Source: Armatimonadota bacterium (GTDB lineage: Bacteria > Sysuimicrobiota > Sysuimicrobiia > Sysuimicrobiales > Kaftiobacteriaceae). From it: a DNA stretch of 25,034 nt. The position numbers were made by a program, and so were the translations under genes. Below, piece after piece: positions 1-7,830 of this stretch. A model generated the notes under the pieces. The model saw only the letters and a list, made by a program, of their open reading frames with translations. It did no database searches and was not told the origin of the DNA. Position 1 is the first letter of the stretch. The number at the start of each line of letters is the position of its first letter. The stretch is from the NCBI GenBank assembly GCA_037440005.1, contig JBBIUY010000039.1, positions 1 to 25,034 of the forward strand. The letters run 5' to 3'.

Positions 1-57
1 AAACACCTACTACGACGGCATTCCAAACACGCAACATTTTCCTGACTTTATTTAGCG

Positions 58-1086
58 GTGCTCGAAGCCCTGCAGGACCGGCAGGGAGTTGCGGCGGCGC
101 TGCGGCTTGCGGGGCTGATCGCCATCGAGGCCCACGACTTCAGCCGCGCGCGGGAGCCGTTCGAGCGCAGTCTCGCGCTCTCCCGGGAACTTGGCGATGA
201 GCGGGGCGCGGCCTGGTCCGCGTACGGCATCGCCGCCACCGCGCTCGCGGAGGGTGACCTGGTCCAGGCTACCGCCCTGGGCGAAGGCGCGCTCCGCGCG
301 TTCGAGTCGCTGGGCGAGCGGGACGGCACGGCGCAGTCGCTGGTGCACCTGGGCCGCGTCGCCCTGGCCCGCGGCCGGCACGAGGAGGCCCTACGGCTCC
401 ATCACGAGGCCCTGCGGATCCGCCGCGAGCTCGCCGACCCCGGGATGATCGCCTCCTCCCTGCGGGAGCTCGCCGTCGTCGCCCAGGATCAGGGCGCCGC
501 GGAGCAGGCGGCGCCGCTCTACCGGGAGTCTCTGGACCTGTTCGAGCGGGCCGGCGACCTGCTGGGCGTCGCACGCTCCCTGGACGGGCTGGCGGTTCTG
601 GCCGCCGACGGCGGGCAGGCGGAGACGGCGGCCAGGCTCTTCGGGGCGGCCGACGCGCTGCTGCAGCGGGTCGGCGTGGTCCCGTGGCCCGGCTGGTTCC
701 CCTCAGAGCTTCCCCGACGGCGCAGGGAGCACGCGCGGTCCGGTGTAAGACGGCTGCTGGATCCGGAGGCCTACCGGCGGGCGACGGAAGCGGGGTCGAG
801 CCTGCCCGTCAGCGTGGCCGCCGCCGAGGCCCTTGCCGTGGCCGCCCGTCCCCCTCACTCGGGGCGCCGGTCCGCCCCCCGGGCCGAACCGCTGACGCCG
901 CGGGAACTGGAGGTCGCCGGGCTGGTGGCCCTGGGGCTGTCGAACCGCGAGATCGCCCGGCGGCTGTTCATCAGCGAAAACACAGCGGCCACCCACGTGC
1001 AGCACATCCTGGGCAAGCTGGACTTCTCTTCCCGCGCGCAGATCGCCACCTGGGCCGTGGAGCGGGGGCTCAAGCCCCCGGCATGA
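58..1086 (+). CDS. TPR-repeat / LuxR C-terminal HTH transcriptional regulator (probably the 3' part of a larger ATPase-TPR-LuxR gene; 5' truncated)
   Basis: About 40-aa TPR-like repeats (SLALSRELGDERGAAWS, ALRAFESLGERDGTAQS, ALRIRRELADPGMIASS, SLDLFERAGDLLGVARS) and a C-terminal LuxR HTH (LTPRELEVAGLVALGLSNREIARRLFISENTAATHVQHILGKL). The ORF starts mid-repeat with no RBS. Confidence 0.9.
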   Translation: MLEALQDRQGVAAALRLAGLIAIEAHDFSRAREPFERSLALSRELGDERGAAWSAYGIAATALAEGDLVQATALGEGALRAFESLGERDGTAQSLVHLGRVALARGRHEEALRLHHEALRIRRELADPGMIASSLRELAVVAQDQGAAEQAAPLYRESLDLFERAGDLLGVARSLDGLAVLAADGGQAETAARLFGAADALLQRVGVVPWPGWFPSELPRRRREHARSGVRRLLDPEAYRRATEAGSSLPVSVAAAEALAVAARPPHSGRRSAPRAEPLTPRELEVAGLVALGLSNREIARRLFISENTAATHVQHILGKLDFSSRAQIATWAVERGLKPPA

Positions 1087-1122
1087 GGCTTTCCGGCCGG
1101 GAGGGCACGGCTTCCCTCACCG

Positions 1123-1169
1123 AAATACTGGATTCTTGTGATGCCGCCGGCGGCCCGGTGCCGTACTCT
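1123..1169 (+). promoter_or_regulatory. Putative activator-dependent promoter, copy 1 (upstream box plus -10 TACTCT)
   Basis: 35/47 ungapped identity to 3005-3051; both copies end in a TANNNT hexamer. This copy lies just downstream of the LuxR gene. Confidence 0.5.
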
Positions 1170-1170
1170 C

Positions 1171-1196
1171 TAAGAAGGCATCGTAAGAAGGCATCG
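1171..1196. repeat. Perfect 13-bp tandem duplication (TAAGAAGGCATCG x2)
   Basis: Read directly: 1171-1183 equals 1184-1196. Confidence 0.95.
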
Positions 1197-1288
1197 CCCG
1201 GTCCTAAGGGTGTGAAGGCGACGACGGTCTACGCGCACGTGCCGGACCAGAGTAGTTAGCAAGCGGGCAGGAGCCCGTGGACGGGCTG
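1197..1288 (+). pseudogene. Degenerate 3' remnant of a tyrosine recombinase (integron-integrase-like C-terminus)
   Basis: Translates PGPKGVKATTVYAHVPDQSS*QAGRSP/VDGL against the IntI-type C-terminal pattern LGHKDVKTTMIYTHVLNRGG..GVRSP.D.L (recalled, not searched). The catalytic Tyr position is retained; there is one in-frame stop and one 1-nt shift. Confidence 0.55.
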
Positions 1289-1330
1289 CCGCCGGGGGGC
1301 CGGCCGCGCGGACGCTTGGGGGAGGATGTC

Positions 1331-2828
1331 ATGCTCAAACCCACTTCGGATGCCAGCATCACGACCGGCCTCACCGAAGCCCTACAGATCCTGCTTCCCG
1401 CGCTTGAGGAGTTCATGCGCTTTGAGGATCGGGATCTCGCCGCCGGCGAGTACACAAAAATGGTCCTCCTCCCTCAATGAGCCCCCGCCCCAACGCGGGA
1501 GGGGGGCGGAGACGACCCTGCAGATTTTGAAGCAGGTCGTCATCCCTCACGGCGTGCGCATCGGCGCTCCGTTCGTCGGATGGATCACCACGATGCCGAC
1601 CGTGGTGCCCGTTGCGGCTGCGCTGAGTGCCAGCATCGCCGGCGCCCAACGCTGGTGGATGCAATCGTTCAACTTCCTGGAGCACCTCGCGCTTGAATGG
1701 CTCAAGGAGCTTCTGGGTCTTCCCGCCTCCTATCAGGGTACCTTCAGCAGCGGAGGCTCCGTGGCGAACCTGTTTGCTTTTCGCGGCCCGACAGGCGGCA
1801 TGCGAACGGCGGGGTATCGACGCATCCCGCGACGGTCTCGGAGCGCTGGTCAAGCCGCGCCTGTACGCCTCCGACCAGGTCCATCATGTGGTGATGCGCG
1901 CCGCGGCGGTCCTCGGCGTGGGCCGTCGCGTCCTGATCCAGCTACCCACAGACGGCGCCTTCCGCCTGGATGTGGGTGCGCTCCGGGACAGACTTCGAGG
2001 ACAAGGCCGCTGGCTGCACCCCGATCGCCGTGGTTGCCAGCGCGGGTACGGTGAACACCGGAGCGATCGATCCGCTGCGGGATGTCCTGCAAATCTGCCG
2101 GGATGAGCAGGTGTGGCTGCACGTCGACGGCGCGTACGGTGGATTCGGAATCCTCGATCCCGAAGTCGCGTCATGCCTGCAGGGCCCCACTGAGGCTGAT
2201 TCGGTGACCGTCGACCCGCACAAGTGGCTGGCCGTGCCTCTCGGCTGCGGCGCCACGTTCGTCAGAGACCGGGCGGTCCTGGGTCGCGCTTTGACGCTGG
2301 AGCCCGCCGAGTATCTGGAAGGCGCAGCCAGCCACGAGGAGACGCCCGGCTCGCAATTTGATGGATTGGGGTACCGCTTTCACGACTTCAACCTCGAGCA
2401 ATCGGCGCGTTCGCGGGGCGTGACCGTGTGGGCGGCGCTCAACGAGATGGGAGCGGAGGGAATGCGCGAGAGGGTCACACGGCACAATGCATTTGCCCGA
2501 CATTTGGCCGGGCTCGTTCAGGCATCCCCAGTACTGGAGCTCCTCGCCCCGGTGACCCTTTCCATCTGCTGTTTCCGATACGTGCCCCCCTGAGCTCCAG
2601 ACGGGCATCGGCCGTTCGGAGATTCTCAACCGCCTGAACCGCGAGGTCCTGATGCGCCTTCATCGGGAACACCGCCACATCCCGTCGAGTACGGAGATCA
2701 ATGGGCAGTTCGCGATCCGTGCGTGCTATATCAACCCGCGCACCACACTCGGTGATGTCGCCGACCTTGTCAACGCTGTGGAACGGATCGGGGCAGAAAC
2801 GTGGGCACGCCTCGCGAAGGGCCAGTAG
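1331..2828 (+). pseudogene. Group II PLP-dependent decarboxylase (aromatic-L-amino-acid/glutamate decarboxylase family), frameshifted four times
   Basis: GGAGG RBS at 1321-1325. Motifs are spread over successive frames: GTFSSGGSVANL, LYASDQVHH, ASAGTVNTGAIDP, WLHVDGAYGG, DSVTVDPHKWL (PLP Lys), SICCFRY, and AIRACYINPRTT ending at TAG 2826-2828. Shifts lie near 1460, 1780, 1996 and 2590. This may be an intact gene with sequencing indels. Confidence 0.85.
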
Positions 2829-3004
2829 CCATCCGGTGGTGTGTTACGCGACCAGAGCTTGACAGTGACGCTCCGTCCCTGGCCGTCCGAGGCTGCTTCA
2901 TCTCCGTCCTCGGGCTCGCTGAGAACGCCCGCCAGGTTTCGCGGGCGGGGCATCAGGCTCCCCGCGTGCCCTTCTCGGGCCGGTACGCCCCAAAATCACT
3001 ACCC

Positions 3005-3051
3005 AGATACTGATTTCTCATGACGCCGCCGGCGCCCGGCGGCCTTACCCT
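3005..3051 (+). promoter_or_regulatory. Putative activator-dependent promoter, copy 2 (upstream box plus -10 TACCCT)
   Basis: Paralogous to 1123-1169; lies about 30 bp upstream of the ATG at 3082. Confidence 0.5.
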
Positions 3052-3081
3052 GTGGGAGGATTTTCCCCATGGGGGGTGGCC

Positions 3082-3672
3082 ATGGTGCTGAAGACTCGAG
3101 CGACTCATGCGGTCAGCGTTCTGACGGTAAGCGTTCTGACGGTATTTGTGCTATCTGCGATGGTCGCCTCACCGATTTCAGCGTTCGCCGCGCCGAAGGG
3201 ATACCTGCAGCTCTCCAGCTTCGCTCCCGCGGTCAAGAACGCCAGGCTCACCATCGGGATCACGACAAAGACCGCGATTCCGACCACGGGGCGCGAGCAG
3301 GCGTTCGGCTATGCCGTCTTCACCGGCGGCTTCAGCCGCGTGCTTGTGCTGGTCACGCATCTCGGGATCACGGACAGCAAGACCGTCGGCCTGGGCGGCT
3401 TCCACACGCACGTCCTGGACTTGAAGAACGCCTCGGCGAAATGCAGCGGCCATGCCGCGGAAGTGGACCTCGCCAGCGGGAAGAGACCGAACTTCGATCC
3501 AGGATATCGATTCGCCCTGACCGGCAACAAGGCCACGATCATCGGTGTCCCGACATCGGCGGTGAAAGGCGCCCGGGTGGAGGGCGTGGCGGCATTCACG
3601 CTCACGCCGGTCTTTCAGGACGAGAACCTGACCAATCTGTGCGTGGATGTGGTCAACAAGTTGCCGAAATAG
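3082..3672 (+). CDS. Secreted hypothetical protein
   Basis: Basic N-terminus, hydrophobic stretch and SAFA-A cleavage-like site. The mature part is beta-rich with VTH and FHTH motifs and 2 Cys. GGGGGTGG RBS-like sequence precedes ATG 3082. Confidence 0.75.
   Translation: MVLKTRATHAVSVLTVSVLTVFVLSAMVASPISAFAAPKGYLQLSSFAPAVKNARLTIGITTKTAIPTTGREQAFGYAVFTGGFSRVLVLVTHLGITDSKTVGLGGFHTHVLDLKNASAKCSGHAAEVDLASGKRPNFDPGYRFALTGNKATIIGVPTSAVKGARVEGVAAFTLTPVFQDENLTNLCVDVVNKLPK
3115..3144. repeat. 15-bp in-frame tandem duplication (AGCGTTCTGACGGTA x2) in the signal peptide
   Basis: Read directly; encodes SVLTV twice. Confidence 0.9.
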
Positions 3673-3745
3673 GCACGGGCCATTGGTGCGAATTGAAGCC
3701 CCGGTTCATCCTGAGGCGGGGCGAAGATGAAAGCGGAGTCGACCC

Positions 3746-4115
3746 ATGTCCAGCAAGACCGAGGCCGTCGCAGGAAAGAACTTCGACTCGCCGGACGAAA
3801 TCCGGCGCCCGTTCCAGAAAGGCAAGATTGATGTCGTCACGGTCGGGGGACTGACATTCTATCGCGAGACCCTTGAGCCTGGCTGGCAGTGGTCGAAGCA
3901 CGTCAAACCCGTTGCCGGCGGAGAAAGTTGCCAGCGATTCCACGTGAAGATCTTCCTGGCCGGTCGCCAGCGGGTGCGCATGGAGGACGGCACCGAGATG
4001 GAATTCGGTCCGGGAGACGTGGCGATCATGCAGCCGGGGCATGACGCGTGGGTGGGTGGGGGACGCGCCCAATGTGCTGATCGAGCTGGCGGAGGTCGTC
4101 AAGCGAGACGGATGA
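3746..4115 (+). CDS. Cupin-domain protein (one apparent +1 frameshift at ~4050-4062)
   Basis: KNFDSPDEIR...EPGWQWSKHVKPVAGGESCQRFH...GPGDVAIMQPGHDAWV. Removing one G in GTGGGTGGGGG gives HDAWVVGDAPNVLIELAEVVKRDG* with the stop at 4113-4115. Confidence 0.8.
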
Positions 4116-4200
4116 CTCTCTCGCCAGTGCACGTCCACCAGACCGAGGACGGATCTTCGGCCTCCTGGAGGAGACGCGCCGCCGGCACGTCGAGGGGCGG
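4114..4200 (+). pseudogene. Degenerate fragment of a cupin gene (paralogue of the 4686-5134 cupin)
   Basis: 4128-4151 matches 4773-4796 at 23/24 nt. It reads PVHVHQTED/IFGLLEETRRRHVEG against PLHVHHTEDEVFHVLEGTLRLRVGG. Confidence 0.7.
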
Positions 4201-4248
4201 CCCGCACCGTCGGACCTCCGTCGCGTGGGGGACAGGATCGGGGCTGCG

Positions 4249-4521
4249 ATGCGCACCTACCTGGCCGACTGCGATCTTCCGGGGATGACGCCGGAGCAAC
4301 TGGCGAACACCGAGACGCGCGTCCGCAGAGCATGCCAGCGGGCGGTCGCCGCCGGGGAGGCCCCACGGTACCTGCGGGCGATCTGGGTGCCCGGCGACTG
4401 GCGGGTGATGTACCTGTTTCAGGCTCCAGACGCCTCCGCCGTGGAAACCGTGTGCCGGGCGGCTCAGATCCCGTTCCTGCGCGTCGTCGAGGCCGTCGAG
4501 GTTGCCCCGCAAGGAGAGTAG
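4249..4521 (+). CDS. DUF4242 / SCO4226-like small protein
   Basis: MRTYLADCDLPGMTPEQL...RYLRAIWVPGDWRVMYLFQAPDASAVETVCRAAQIPFLRVVEA matches the pattern of this family of ~90-aa proteins. Confidence 0.7.
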   Translation: MRTYLADCDLPGMTPEQLANTETRVRRACQRAVAAGEAPRYLRAIWVPGDWRVMYLFQAPDASAVETVCRAAQIPFLRVVEAVEVAPQGE

Positions 4522-4584
4522 GAGGCTCCGGAAACGATGCGGAGGCCGTCGGGCGGATCCGATCACAACAGGGGAGGTGAGAGC

Positions 4585-5134
4585 ATGCGGAGGTTGCTCA
4601 TGCTGGCGTCGCTGGGGGTACTCGTGGCCGCGGTGCCGGGTCCCGCCGTTGCGTCGCACACGGGGCTCACCTTTGGAGCGCCCACTGGTCACCGTGCGGG
4701 TGGCCTGGGCGGAGAACGCCGACCACATCTCGGTGCTGGAGCACCGGGCGCCGGGAGGCGACTCGCCGCCCCTGCACGTCCACCATACCGAGGACGAGGT
4801 CTTCCACGTGCTTGAAGGAACGCTACGCCTCCGCGTGGGCGGGCAGGACCGGATGCTTGGGGCGGGGGAGACGATGCTCGCGCCCAAAGGTGTGGTGCAC
4901 ACCTACCGGGTGGAGACGCCGGAGGGCGCCCGGTGGCTCACCATTACCACCCGGCGCGACTTCGAGAACTTCGTGCGGGCCATGGCGCGACCCGCCCCGC
5001 GCCCTGGCCTGCCCCCGCCGTCCGGCTCGCCCACGCCAGAGGCTGCGGCGGCGCTGGCGGAGACGGCGCGCCGGTTCGGGATCGAGATCGTGGGGCCGCC
5101 CCTGGGGCCGCCCGGGCGTGAGCGGCCCGGCTAG
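4585..5134 (+). CDS. Cupin-domain protein (quercetin-dioxygenase-like) with an out-of-frame signal-peptide 5' end
   Basis: Strong RBS GGGGAGGTGA at 4571-4580 and ATG 4585 give MRRLLMLASLGVLVAAVPGPAVA. The cupin motifs SPPLHVHHTEDEVFHVLEG and PKGVVHTY are in the next frame from ~4686 to the stop at 5132-5134. Confidence 0.7.
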
Positions 5135-5919
5135 CGCGGCGGCGGGAGGGTCCACCCGCCGTACAGCGTGTAGCCGCCGTCCACGGGCAGGACCGCGCCG
5201 GTGATGTGCCGGCTGGCGGGCGACAGCAGAAAGCACACGGCCGCGGCGATGTCCTCGGGCTCGGCCAACCGTCCCAGGGGCGTGCGGGCGGTGATCTGCT
5301 CGCCCCACTCGGCCAGCAGGTGGCTGACCTGCTCGGTGCGCACGAATCCCGGGGCCACCGCGTTGACCCGGATGCCCCAGGCCGCCCACTCCACGGCCAG
5401 GGTGCGGGTGAGGTGGCTGACCGCCGCCTTGCTGGTCGCGTACGCCACGCGGCCGGGGACGGCGACGGCGGCGTGCAGGGACGAGACGTTGACCACGGCC
5501 GGGGCGGCGCTGCGCCGCAGGTAGGGCAGGGCGGCCTGGCAGGCGAAGAACGTGGCTCGCGCGTTGACGGCGAACAGGCGTTCCCACTCTTCGGCGGTGA
5601 GTTCGGCGGCGGGACGGACGACCGCGAGGCCGGCGTTGTTGACCAGACCGTCCAGGCGTCCGTGAATGTCCCCGGCGGCGGCGACGACCGCGCGGACGCC
5701 CTCCACGGTGCCGAGGTCCCCCCACACGGGGACGGAGCCCTGAAGAAGGCGGGCGGTCGCGTCCGCCTGCTCCCGGGTGCGGGCGTGGACGACGACCCGC
5801 GCGCCCAGGGCGGCCGCCCGAGCGGCCACCGCCCGCCCGATCCCCCGGCGGGCGCCCGTCACCAGGATGACGTGATTCTCCAGAGCCAGGTCGGCTGCAG
5901 CCGGCGTTGACATGGCCAT
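5131..5919 (-). CDS. SDR family NAD(P)-dependent oxidoreductase
   Basis: TGARRGIG, VNNAG, NVSS, YATSK and VNAVAPG motifs; GGGAGGG RBS. Confidence 0.95.
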   Translation of the reverse strand: MAMSTPAAADLALENHVILVTGARRGIGRAVAARAAALGARVVVHARTREQADATARLLQGSVPVWGDLGTVEGVRAVVAAAGDIHGRLDGLVNNAGLAVVRPAAELTAEEWERLFAVNARATFFACQAALPYLRRSAAPAVVNVSSLHAAVAVPGRVAYATSKAAVSHLTRTLAVEWAAWGIRVNAVAPGFVRTEQVSHLLAEWGEQITARTPLGRLAEPEDIAAAVCFLLSPASRHITGAVLPVDGGYTLYGGWTLPPPR

Positions 5920-5944
5920 CCCTCCCCAGGTATTCTTCTCTTAA

Positions 5945-5957
5945 GTGATCAGATCAC
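5945..5957. promoter_or_regulatory. Putative GntR/FadR operator (GTGATC-A-GATCAC)
   Basis: Perfect inverted repeat in the 66-bp divergent intergenic region, resembling FadR-subfamily TGGTC-N-GACCA-type sites. Confidence 0.55.
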
Positions 5958-5985
5958 CTGAAGACCTGCCCGGGAGCTCCCGCCC

Positions 5986-6765
5986 ATGACCGTCGCCCCC
6001 CTCCCGCCGCTGCGGGTGGCGGCCAGCCGCCTGTCGGACGAGGTCGCCCGCCGGCTGGTGGCCCGGATCCGGGAGGGGGCGTTCGGGCCCACAGACCGCC
6101 TTCCTCCGACCCGGGAACTCGCCGCCGCGCTGGGCGTGAGCCAGTCCACCCTGCGGGAGGCCCTGCGGACCCTGGAAGCCATGGGCGTGGTGGCCATCCG
6201 TCATGGCAGCGGCGTCTACCTGCGGGGCGCCGACCCCCTCAACGGCGTGTGGTCCAGCCGGTGGCTGCAGTGGCTGCTGCGCCATGGGGCGTCCCTGGAG
6301 GAAGTCCTGCAGGTGCGGGAGGCGGTGGAGGCCCAGGCCGCCAGCCTCGCCGCCGCCCGCGCGACGGCGCAGGACGTGCGCCGTCTGGAGCAGGTGCTGG
6401 CGGAAGGGGACGCGCTGCTGGTGCGTCACCGCGGCCGCCCGGCCGACGACGCCCTCCTGCAGGCCTACGTGCGGCTGGACGAGGCCTTCCACGACACGCT
6501 GGCGCAGATCGCCGGCAACGCCTTCCTCCGCCACCTGCTGCAGGCGCTGGCGTCGGCGATCGCGGAGAGCCGGGCGGCGACGCTGGCCATCCCCGGGCGC
6601 ATCGAGCGGTCGCTGCGCGAGCACCGGGCCATCCTCCGGGCGGTCAGCAGGCGGGACCCCGAGGCGGCCCGACGGGCGATGCAGACCCACGTCCTCCAGG
6701 TGCTCGCCGAAGTCCGCTCGGTCCGGCGACGCTCGCGCCGCGTCCCCGCCGGGGGGCGGAGATGA
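5986..6765 (+). CDS. GntR family (FadR subfamily) transcriptional regulator
   Basis: wHTH RLPPTRELAAALGVSQSTLREALRTLEAMG..IRHGSG; FCD domain with DEAFH, AGNAFL, EHRAI and MQTH. Confidence 0.95.
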   Translation: MTVAPLPPLRVAASRLSDEVARRLVARIREGAFGPTDRLPPTRELAAALGVSQSTLREALRTLEAMGVVAIRHGSGVYLRGADPLNGVWSSRWLQWLLRHGASLEEVLQVREAVEAQAASLAAARATAQDVRRLEQVLAEGDALLVRHRGRPADDALLQAYVRLDEAFHDTLAQIAGNAFLRHLLQALASAIAESRAATLAIPGRIERSLREHRAILRAVSRRDPEAARRAMQTHVLQVLAEVRSVRRRSRRVPAGGRR

Positions 6766-7805
6766 ACGCGGCGGCGCCGGTCCGGTTCTCGTTTACCCGG
6801 GTCCCGGCGGGTCCGCTCCAGAGATTTGTGGACTTCGCCCGCTACGGGCGTGATCTGGGATTTGACCGGCTGTGGGTTCCCGATCAAACTTACCATGCGG
6901 ACCCCTTCGCGCTGCTGGCGGCGGTGGCGGTGGCGGTTCCGGGCCTGGAACTGGGCCTGGCCGTGACCAACCCCTACACCCGCCACCCGGTGCAGATCGC
7001 CCGCGGAGCCGCCACCGTGGCCGAACTGTGCGGCGGCCGCTTTCTGCTGGGCCTGGGCGCCGGCAACCGCCGGCACGTGCTGGACCGGCTGGGGATTGAC
7101 GGCAGCCAGGCCGCAGCGCGCGTGCGGGAGGCCACGGTCCTGATCCGCCGGCTGCTTGCCGGCGAGGTTGTGCACCACCAAGGGACGTGGACGCTGCGGG
7201 GGGTGCGCCTGGACCGGGAGGGCCCGCTGGACGTGCCGGTGCTCGTCGGCACCCGCAACCCACGGATGCTCCGGGTGGCCGGCGAGGTGGCCGACGGGGT
7301 CCTGCTGGAGGCGCTGGTGACCCCCGACGCCCAGGCCTACGGCCTGTCGGAGGTGTCCGCCGGGGCGCGCGCGGCTGGGCGGCACCTGGCGGGGTGGGAG
7401 GTCGTCGCCTGGCAGACGGTGGTGGTCACCGACGACCGCGCGGCGGCGGTGGAGAGCCTGCGGACCTGGACGGCGTACCTGCTGGGGATGACCACCCGGG
7501 AGGTGGCCCTGCGCATGGGGGTGCGGGCGGAGGTCATCGAGGCGGTGCACGCGCGGTTCCGCCAGGGCGGGGCGGAGGCGGCCCGGGAGGTGGTCGGCCC
7601 CGAGGAGGTGGACCGGGTGGCGATCGTCGGCGACCCCCAGACGGTGGCGGACCGCTGCGCGGCGCTGGCGCGGGGCGGGGCCACCGACATCACCGTGCAG
7701 GTCTGGGCCGACGACGCCGTCGGGCGGGGGACGCTGCGCAGGTTCGCGGAGGAAGTCCGGGCGAGGGTGCGGGACGCCATGACGGCCAGCCCCCGGCGCC
7801 CGTGA
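6762..7805 (+). CDS. LLM class (luciferase-like, Mer-like) flavin/F420-dependent oxidoreductase 1
   Basis: GFDRLWVPD, AVTNPYTRHP, GGRFLLGLGAG, PRMLRVAGEVADGV and IVGDP motifs; ATGA overlap with the GntR stop. Confidence 0.9.
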   Translation: MNAAAPVRFSFTRVPAGPLQRFVDFARYGRDLGFDRLWVPDQTYHADPFALLAAVAVAVPGLELGLAVTNPYTRHPVQIARGAATVAELCGGRFLLGLGAGNRRHVLDRLGIDGSQAAARVREATVLIRRLLAGEVVHHQGTWTLRGVRLDREGPLDVPVLVGTRNPRMLRVAGEVADGVLLEALVTPDAQAYGLSEVSAGARAAGRHLAGWEVVAWQTVVVTDDRAAAVESLRTWTAYLLGMTTREVALRMGVRAEVIEAVHARFRQGGAEAAREVVGPEEVDRVAIVGDPQTVADRCAALARGGATDITVQVWADDAVGRGTLRRFAEEVRARVRDAMTASPRRP

Positions 7806-7830
7806 CCCATCCAGAAAGGGGGAGTGGCAC

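Noticed and set aside
2585..2594. CCC-TGA as a programmed +1 frameshift or selenocysteine codon in the decarboxylase
   Set aside because: The gene has three other unrelated shifts, the continuation is in another frame (so not readthrough), and a C6 homopolymer indel is simpler.
2829..2860. GTTACGC as an attC core site and TTGACA as a -35 box after the decarboxylase
   Set aside because: There is no matching RYYYAAC inverse core or L boxes at suitable distance, and no -10 hexamer 16-18 bp after TTGACA.
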